A model generated the notes under the pieces. That model was not told where the DNA came from, did no database searches, and worked only from the letters and a program-made list of their open reading frames with translations. The translations under genes were made by a program, and so were the position numbers. DNA of 47,303 nucleotides from a virus: IMG/VR virus record IMGVR_UViG_3300043425_000872, positions 1-47,303 of that record; one strand, 5' to 3'. Positions 41,984 through 47,303 of the stretch are shown one piece after another (within the stretch, counting starts at the first letter, position 1; every line of letters begins with the position of its first letter).

Positions 41984-43929
41984 CCACGCTTTTCCTCGAC
42001 ACTGAGACCTTCAGCCCCGTGCCGATCACGCACGGCACGCACGCCTATGCCGAGGAGGCCGAGGTAATCCTCGTCTCGCTGGCCGTGGACGACGACCCTG
42101 TGCAGGTGTGGGACACGTCTGACCCAGAGCGGCGCGGGAGCCAGCTTTCCTCCCTGCAGCACATGATCGACATCGCTGACGAGATCGTGATCCACAACAG
42201 CCATTTCGACCGCACAGTGCTGCGCCACTGCGGTGTAAATATTCCTGTGGATAAAATTACGGACACCATGGTGCTGGCCCTGCAGCACAGCCTGCCCGCC
42301 TCGCTGGGCATGCTCTGCGACGTCCTCGGCGTGCCGCAGGACAAGGCTAAAGACAAGGCGGGCAAGAAGCTGATACAGTTGCTCACCAAGCCCCGGCCGA
42401 AGAACGTGAAGCTGCGCCGGGCTACGCGGGAGACGCACCCTGATGAGTGGCGAGCCTTCATCGAATACGCCCGCCTCGATGTGGACGCTATGCGAGACGT
42501 ATATCGACGCCTGCCGCGATGGAATAATTGTGATCGTGAGCGGCACCTGTGGCTGGCAGACCAAGCGATTAATGACCGTGGTGTCGCCGTTGACGGAGAC
42601 CTCGCACGATCAGCTACAAGAGCTTTTGCTCGAACTTCACGAGCTCTGGCCGCTCGTACCGCCCGACTGACGAACGGCGCGGTCGCCAGCCTGACGCAGC
42701 GTCAGCGCATGATGGACTACCTCGCCACGCACCACAACTTCGCGCCGGACGACATGACCAAGGGCACCGTCACGGCCCTCCTCAAGGGCGATCTGGATCC
42801 GGTCGTGCGCGAGTTGCTGGAGATCCGCCAGCAGGCCTCGGCCACGTCGCCCGCCAAGTACGACGTCATCCTGAACGCCGCCTCGTCCGACGGTAGGCTG
42901 CGCGGCACGATCCAGTTCTGCGGAGCCTCGCGCACCGGGCGCGACGCCGGGCGCGTCTTCCAGCCCCAGAACCTGCCCCGGCCCACGCTGAAGCTGGAGC
43001 AGATCGAGGGCGGCATCGAGGCCATGAAGCTCGACTGCGAAGACCTGCTCTTCGACAACGTGAGCGAGCTGTGCTCCTCCGCCGTGCGCGGCTGCCTCGT
43101 GGCGGCCCCGGGGCGCAAGCTGGTCGTGGCCGACCTGTCCAACATCGAGGGGCGCGTGCTGGCGTGGCTGGCGGGCGAGGACTGGAAGGTGAAGGCCTTC
43201 TACGACTTCGACAGGGGCGTGGGGCACGACCTGTACAAGATCACTGCCGGGCGCATCCTCGACAAGGATCCCGGTGACATCACCAAGGACGAGCGGCAAC
43301 TGCAGGGCAAGGTGCCTGAGTTGGCGGGCGGCTACGGTGGCGGCATCGGCGCCTACCGCAAGATGGGCGGCGCTGTGTTCGACGCCATGACCGACGACGC
43401 GATCCAGACCATCGTGCATGCGTGGCGCAAGCAGCACCCGGCGACCGTGGCGCTGTGGTACGCGGTGGAGCGCGCGGCCAAGGCGGTGCTGGCCGACCCC
43501 ACCATCAGCACCGAGGTGCGGGGCCTGCGCTTCGACATGCACGGCACGTGGCTGCGCATCCGGCTGCCCTCGGGCCGCTACCTGAGCTACCCGAACGCGA
43601 CCATTGAGGACGGCCAGATCTGGTACGACGGCATCTGCCAGTTCACGAAGCAGTGGAAGCGCCTCGACACGTACTACGGCAAGCTGGTGGAGAACATCGT
43701 GCAGGCCATCGCGCGCGACATCTTCATGGGCGGCATGCTGCGCGCCGAGGGTGAGGGCTACCCCGTCGTGATCCGCGTGCATGACGAATTGATCTGCGAG
43801 ACGCCGGACGATCCCGCCTTTACCGTGGGGGCCCTGTCTGCCATCATGACGCGCGGCGAGAGCTGGTCCACGGGCCTGCCACTGGCCGCCGCCGGACACG
43901 AGATGTACCGCTATGCGAAGCTCGACTGA
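41980..43929 (+). CDS. polA: DNA polymerase family A (APSE-type)
   Basis: Exo LDTET, HNSHFDR; motif A ADLSNIEGR, B GKVPELAGGYG, C VHDE. Confidence 0.96.
   Translation: MTTLFLDTETFSPVPITHGTHAYAEEAEVILVSLAVDDDPVQVWDTSDPERRGSQLSSLQHMIDIADEIVIHNSHFDRTVLRHCGVNIPVDKITDTMVLALQHSLPASLGMLCDVLGVPQDKAKDKAGKKLIQLLTKPRPKNVKLRRATRETHPDEWRAFIEYARLDVDAMRDVYRRLPRWNNCDRERHLWLADQAINDRGVAVDGDLARSATRAFARTSRALAARTARLTNGAVASLTQRQRMMDYLATHHNFAPDDMTKGTVTALLKGDLDPVVRELLEIRQQASATSPAKYDVILNAASSDGRLRGTIQFCGASRTGRDAGRVFQPQNLPRPTLKLEQIEGGIEAMKLDCEDLLFDNVSELCSSAVRGCLVAAPGRKLVVADLSNIEGRVLAWLAGEDWKVKAFYDFDRGVGHDLYKITAGRILDKDPGDITKDERQLQGKVPELAGGYGGGIGAYRKMGGAVFDAMTDDAIQTIVHAWRKQHPATVALWYAVERAAKAVLADPTISTEVRGLRFDMHGTWLRIRLPSGRYLSYPNATIEDGQIWYDGICQFTKQWKRLDTYYGKLVENIVQAIARDIFMGGMLRAEGEGYPVVIRVHDELICETPDDPAFTVGALSAIMTRGESWSTGLPLAAAGHEMYRYAKLD
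42443..42670 (+). CDS. Candidate nested +1-frame ORF inside polA, 75 aa
   Basis: GGAG 10 nt before ATG; polA codons turn A/T-ending across the ORF; helical SHDQLQELLLELHELW. Confidence 0.45.
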   Translation: MSGEPSSNTPASMWTLCETYIDACRDGIIVIVSGTCGWQTKRLMTVVSPLTETSHDQLQELLLELHELWPLVPPD

Positions 43930-44219
43930 TGACCCCCGCAGGTAGGCTGCAGGACTACCTCAAGCACGTCGTGCAGAAGAGCGGCGGCCAGTACCGCAAG
44001 GTGCGCTGGGAGGGCCGCAGCGGCTGCCCGGACTGCTTCGTGTGGTGGACGTGGCCAGCCGCCGCGTTCATCGAGATCAAGGCCGAGGGCGACCGCCTGC
44101 GCAAGCTGCAGGTGCGCGAGATCGAGCGCATGGAGCACGACGGCGTGCCCGTCTTCGTCGCCCGCTCTGAGGCAGAGATCGACGAGATCGTGGCGCGCAT
44201 TCGGGGCTTGACGGGGTAA
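43929..44219 (+). CDS. VRR-NUC endonuclease
   Basis: GCPDCFV, FIEIKAEG, LQVREIERM. Confidence 0.9.
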   Translation: MTPAGRLQDYLKHVVQKSGGQYRKVRWEGRSGCPDCFVWWTWPAAAFIEIKAEGDRLRKLQVREIERMEHDGVPVFVARSEAEIDEIVARIRGLTG

Positions 44220-44257
44220 ACTACCTGCTTTACAGGTGCCTCATCAGCAACGGAGAC
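44208..44257 (+). promoter_or_regulatory. Early promoter P5 with ATCAGCAACG leader
   Basis: TTGACG-N17-TACAGG-N6-ATCAGCAACGGAGAC. Confidence 0.85.
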
Positions 44258-44261
44258 CACC

Positions 44262-44477
44262 ATGACCGACTACAGCCACCTCGACGCCCTTGAACTGAGC
44301 CTCTCGCACGAGCGCGAGCGCCTGCGTCTGGCCCGCAGCCAGCGCGAGATCCAGTACCGTGAGGTCTGGGTGCGGCAGTACGAGCGCGAGATCGCCAGCG
44401 AGCGCGAATTGCTGGGTCTCCCGCCGACCGACGCCATCATGGCGCTGGACGACATCCTTGCAGAACTGGAGGACTGA
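44262..44477 (+). CDS. Hypothetical protein, 71 aa
   Basis: First ORF after P5. Confidence 0.8.
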   Translation: MTDYSHLDALELSLSHERERLRLARSQREIQYREVWVRQYEREIASERELLGLPPTDAIMALDDILAELED

Positions 44478-44480
44478 GCC

Positions 44481-44735
44481 ATGATCCGGCCAATCATCAA
44501 CATCAACGGCACCAACCCGGAGGACTTGATCCGGGCGCGCCTCGACGCCAGCCGCGCCGTCAACACGGTCATCGAGTACCTCAAGTATGTCACGCCGAAC
44601 GGCCGGGACTACCCCGGCGACAACGAGCGCTGCGTGGCCGACCGCGAGACCCACTACGCGCGCCTACGCGCCTTGCGAGACCTGCAGGGCGTCCTGCTGG
44701 AAGAGGCACTAGCCATAAGGGATCAACAGCCATGA
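44481..44735 (+). CDS. Hypothetical protein, 84 aa
   Basis: PIININGT..TPNGRDYP motif; GGAGG RBS. Confidence 0.8.
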   Translation: MIRPIININGTNPEDLIRARLDASRAVNTVIEYLKYVTPNGRDYPGDNERCVADRETHYARLRALRDLQGVLLEEALAIRDQQP

Positions 44736-45085
44736 CGCTCGTCGTAAAAAACACGTTCATCCACTGGGGCGCGGGAAGCGAGCATCCCATCTATGTCCTC
44801 GCGGACAGCCCCACGGAGGCCATACCGGGCCAGAAGAGCCTGCGGCTGGTGTCCGACGCCGCTTTTCCGGAAGGCACCATTTCCCGGGCTTACTCGGAGG
44901 AGCACGGCATACTGGTTGGCCGCGATAACCTGCGCGAGAAGCCAGACACCGAAATCGACAGCTACGGCGGATGGTTCCTGCATGAGGATGCCGACGGCGC
45001 GTGGGCGCAAGGCCCCTACGGCGGCCACTTGACCGCAAAGCGCGTAGAACAGCTGTACGACCTGATCGACGAGTGGGAGGACTGA
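44732..45085 (+). CDS. Hypothetical protein, 117 aa
   Basis: ATGA-coupled. Confidence 0.7.
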   Translation: MTLVVKNTFIHWGAGSEHPIYVLADSPTEAIPGQKSLRLVSDAAFPEGTISRAYSEEHGILVGRDNLREKPDTEIDSYGGWFLHEDADGAWAQGPYGGHLTAKRVEQLYDLIDEWED

Positions 45086-45088
45086 GCC

Positions 45089-45568
45089 ATGGTACGGATC
45101 GCCAGTGAAGACCCGGAGCAGGCGCGCAAGGACAAGGCCACGCGCGGCCTACTCAACAGCTACGAGCGCGCCGTGCTCGACCGCTTTGAGTGTCAAGGCA
45201 TACCTGACAGTTGGGACGAGGAGGAGCAGGCCGACATCGATGAGGCCAAGGTGGAGGCCGAAAACCGCTGGCTGCGTCTGCGCAAGCGCGTCTTCTACGC
45301 ATGCAGCGCAGGCAACGTCGAGGGCATCACCCTGACACCCGAAGCCATGTCCGCGATGTGCGACGAGGCCCGCCGGGATGAGATCAACCGCGCAGCCGAT
45401 TGGCTTTTGCAGCAGGCTGCGCGCTGCTTCGACCGGGGCAGCAGCCACGACCACCACGAGGCGCAGGTGCTGACCCGCTACTCCGCGCTTCTGCGTGACC
45501 TGTCGCCCTTCCCGTACCAGCCCCGAGAAACCAGCGCGACGTTCGCCCTGCCGACAGAGGAGAAGTAG
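45089..45568 (+). CDS. Hypothetical protein, 159 aa
   Basis: GGAGG RBS. Confidence 0.7.
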   Translation: MVRIASEDPEQARKDKATRGLLNSYERAVLDRFECQGIPDSWDEEEQADIDEAKVEAENRWLRLRKRVFYACSAGNVEGITLTPEAMSAMCDEARRDEINRAADWLLQQAARCFDRGSSHDHHEAQVLTRYSALLRDLSPFPYQPRETSATFALPTEEK

Positions 45569-45569
45569 C

Positions 45570-45746
45570 ATGATCAGCAAGAACTACGTGGACCGCACCA
45601 CCATCTTCGAATGCGACGACTGCGGCGACACGTTCGAGGCGGACGGCCTCGACTTCTACGACGCGTACGACGAGTACAAGGACCATGGCGGCATCGCCCG
45701 CAACGTGGGCGACACGTGGGAGCATCGCTGCAGGGACTGCAGGTGA
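45570..45746 (+). CDS. Small zinc-ribbon-like protein, 58 aa
   Basis: Hand translation MISKNYVDRTTIFECDDCGDTF...WEHRCRDCR. Confidence 0.75.
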   Translation: MISKNYVDRTTIFECDDCGDTFEADGLDFYDAYDEYKDHGGIARNVGDTWEHRCRDCR

Positions 45747-45754
45747 GCCGCACC

Positions 45755-45783
45755 TTGACAAGGTTTGGCCTAACATCTAATAC
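45755..45783 (+). promoter_or_regulatory. Promoter for a leaderless HNH transcript
   Basis: TTGACA-N17-TAATAC, ATG 7 nt downstream, no RBS. Confidence 0.65.
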
Positions 45784-45790
45784 GGCGCAC

Positions 45791-46384
45791 ATGATAGGCC
45801 AAACCTTCAGCCAACTCACCGTTCTCTACCCAGCGGCGAAGGTTGGCACTCGTGTCCGCTATGTTTGTCGCTGTTCTTGCGGAAAAATCGCCACCGTATC
45901 GGGGACAAATCTCAGGCGCGGGAAGACCAAATCTTGCGGGTGCCGACGCGCGAGCAACATGCGTAAAGTGGCTACCAAACACGGCAATTCGGCGCACCCG
46001 TTGTACGTGCGGTGGTCCAACATGCACGCGCGTTGCTACGACCCCAGTCACAATCGGTTCTACCGATACGGCGGGCGCGGCATCAAGGTTTGCGACCGCT
46101 GGCACGATTTCGACTTGTATCTGAAAGACGTGCTCCCTTCGTATCGAGAAGGTCTGACGTTGGACCGGGTAGATAACGACGGCCCTTACAGCCCCAGCAA
46201 TTTCAGGTGGGCCTCGTACCGGGTCCAAGCCCGCAATCGCTCCATCTCCGTGATAACCGAACAAGAAATCGCCGACATGCGGCGCATGTATACCGAGACC
46301 GCTTGCACTCAAAAGGAGGTAGGCGAAGCCTTTGGGTACTGCCGAGACACCATAAAACACTACTTGCGAGGGCTGCGTGCTTAA
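45791..46384 (+). CDS. Free-standing HNH homing endonuclease
   Basis: CRCSCG..GKTKSCGC, WSNMHARC..YGGRGIKVC, TLDRVDNDGPYSPSNFRWA, C-terminal HTH; lower GC. Confidence 0.9.
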   Translation: MIGQTFSQLTVLYPAAKVGTRVRYVCRCSCGKIATVSGTNLRRGKTKSCGCRRASNMRKVATKHGNSAHPLYVRWSNMHARCYDPSHNRFYRYGGRGIKVCDRWHDFDLYLKDVLPSYREGLTLDRVDNDGPYSPSNFRWASYRVQARNRSISVITEQEIADMRRMYTETACTQKEVGEAFGYCRDTIKHYLRGLRA

Positions 46385-47303
46385 CCGTGACCGCCTACAT
46401 TCATACCAGCAAGAGGCGCTGGACTGGCTATACGAGCATCCGCGTACAGCCTTGTGGATGCCGATGGGCGGCGGGAAGACTGTGTCCACCCTAACGGCGT
46501 TGGATGATCTGAGCTTTGTCGAGGACGTGTTCCCCGTGCTGGTGCTGGCACCCAAGCGCGTGGCCGTCACCACGTGGCCGGAAGAACCTATCCGCTGGGC
46601 CCACCTGAAGCACCTGCGCGTCGTCGCCATCACTGGCACGCCCAAGCAGCGCGAGATGGCCCTGCGGAAGCGCGCGGACGTCTACACCATGGCCTACGAC
46701 AACCTCGTCTGGCTGTGCGAGACGCTGGGCGACGCGTGGCCCTTCGTCACGGTGGTGGCGGACGAGCTGACGCGCCTCAAGAGCTTCCGCATCCGGCAGG
46801 GCAGCAAGCGCGCGGGCGCGCTGGGCCGCGTGGCGCACACCAAGGTGAAGCGCTTCGTCGGCCTGACCGGCACGCCCGGCGCCAACGGCCTGAAGGATCT
46901 GTGGGGCCAGACGTGGTTCCTCGACAAGGGCGAGCGGCTGGGCCGCACGTTCACGGCATTCGAGCAGCGCTGGTTCACGCGCGGCTACGACGGCTTCAGC
47001 CTGCAGCCCCTGTCGCACGCGCAGGAGGAGATACAGGAGCTGCTGCAGGACATCTGCCTGACCGTCACCGGCCTGCCCGTGGACGAGCCGATCCGCAACC
47101 CGATCTACGTTGACCTGCCGCGCGACGCGCGCGCCCTGTACAACGACATGGAGGAGGAGATGTTCGCCCAGATCGGCGCAGACGGCGTGGAGGCGGCCAA
47201 CGCCGCCGTGCGCACGCAGAAGTGCTTGCAGATCGCCAACGGCGCGATCTACACGGGCGAGGGCGGCGAGTGGGAGGCAGTCCATGGCGCGAAGTTGGAT
47301 GCG
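46377..47303 (+). CDS. SNF2-family helicase (3' truncated by window edge)
   Basis: Hand translation from GTG 46377: YQQEA, MPMGGGKT, VVADELTRLK, GLTGTP; open to the end. Confidence 0.92.
   Translation, partial: MLNRDRLHSYQQEALDWLYEHPRTALWMPMGGGKTVSTLTALDDLSFVEDVFPVLVLAPKRVAVTTWPEEPIRWAHLKHLRVVAITGTPKQREMALRKRADVYTMAYDNLVWLCETLGDAWPFVTVVADELTRLKSFRIRQGSKRAGALGRVAHTKVKRFVGLTGTPGANGLKDLWGQTWFLDKGERLGRTFTAFEQRWFTRGYDGFSLQPLSHAQEEIQELLQDICLTVTGLPVDEPIRNPIYVDLPRDARALYNDMEEEMFAQIGADGVEAANAAVRTQKCLQIANGAIYTGEGGEWEAVHGAKLDA

Larger units (their letters stand above)
1..47303. mobile_element. Partial tailed bacteriophage genome (P22-like head/tail module plus APSE/BPP-1-like replication module)
   Basis: TerS, TerL, portal, scaffold, capsid, tailspike and endolysin on minus; primase-helicase, DUF2800, DUF2815, PolA, VRR-NUC, SNF2 helicase on plus; no host housekeeping genes. 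Confidence 0.97.

Noticed and set aside
45573-45581. Sixth copy of the early leader (ATCAGCAAG)
   Set aside because: 8/10 match formed by the codons ATC AGC AAG, with no promoter upstream
1-47303. tRNA, rRNA, integrase, att site, intein, genetic-code reassignment
   Set aside because: No cloverleaf or rRNA-like stretch noticed by eye, no recombinase motifs, terminase/polymerase/helicase have normal lengths, and genes read through cleanly in the standard code; a tRNAscan/Infernal run would be needed to exclude RNA genes formally

Overview
The whole window is part of a GC-rich tailed phage genome (Caudoviricetes), cut at both edges. The host is probably an alphaproteobacterium: it carries a GapR/DUF2312 homolog and TTGAC-N17-TA promoters lacking the -7 T. 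Left arm (minus strand, 1-26.6 kb): terS, terL, portal, a gp49/66-family protein, GroES, scaffold, major capsid, decoration and small basic proteins, several fibre/tailspike/repeat proteins, lysis cassette, P22-like adaptor/closure proteins and a truncated Gly-rich probable ejection protein. Centre (26.7-28.0 kb): an iteron/palindrome origin-like element next to a stand-alone, degenerate AAA_25 Rep-like gene whose promoter holds the same iterons. Right arm (plus strand): five near-identical early promoters whose transcripts all start ATCAGCAACG..GAG, small accessory ORFs, a Cro-like HTH, a C5 methyltransferase, primase-helicase, DUF2800 nuclease, DUF2815 SSB, GapR, HicA-like protein, PolA, VRR-NUC, HNH endonuclease and a truncated SNF2 helicase. 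No integrase, tRNA, rRNA, CRISPR array or reverse transcriptase is visible. Best leads: (1) a two-hairpin RNA element at 41.64-41.76 kb that buries the RBS of an orphan HicA-like gene and shows in its loop an exact antisense copy of the leader shared by all five early transcripts; (2) two +1-frame genes nested inside the methyltransferase and the DNA polymerase; (3) the iteron-origin/autoregulated Rep cassette. All family assignments come from motif recognition by eye, not from database searches.
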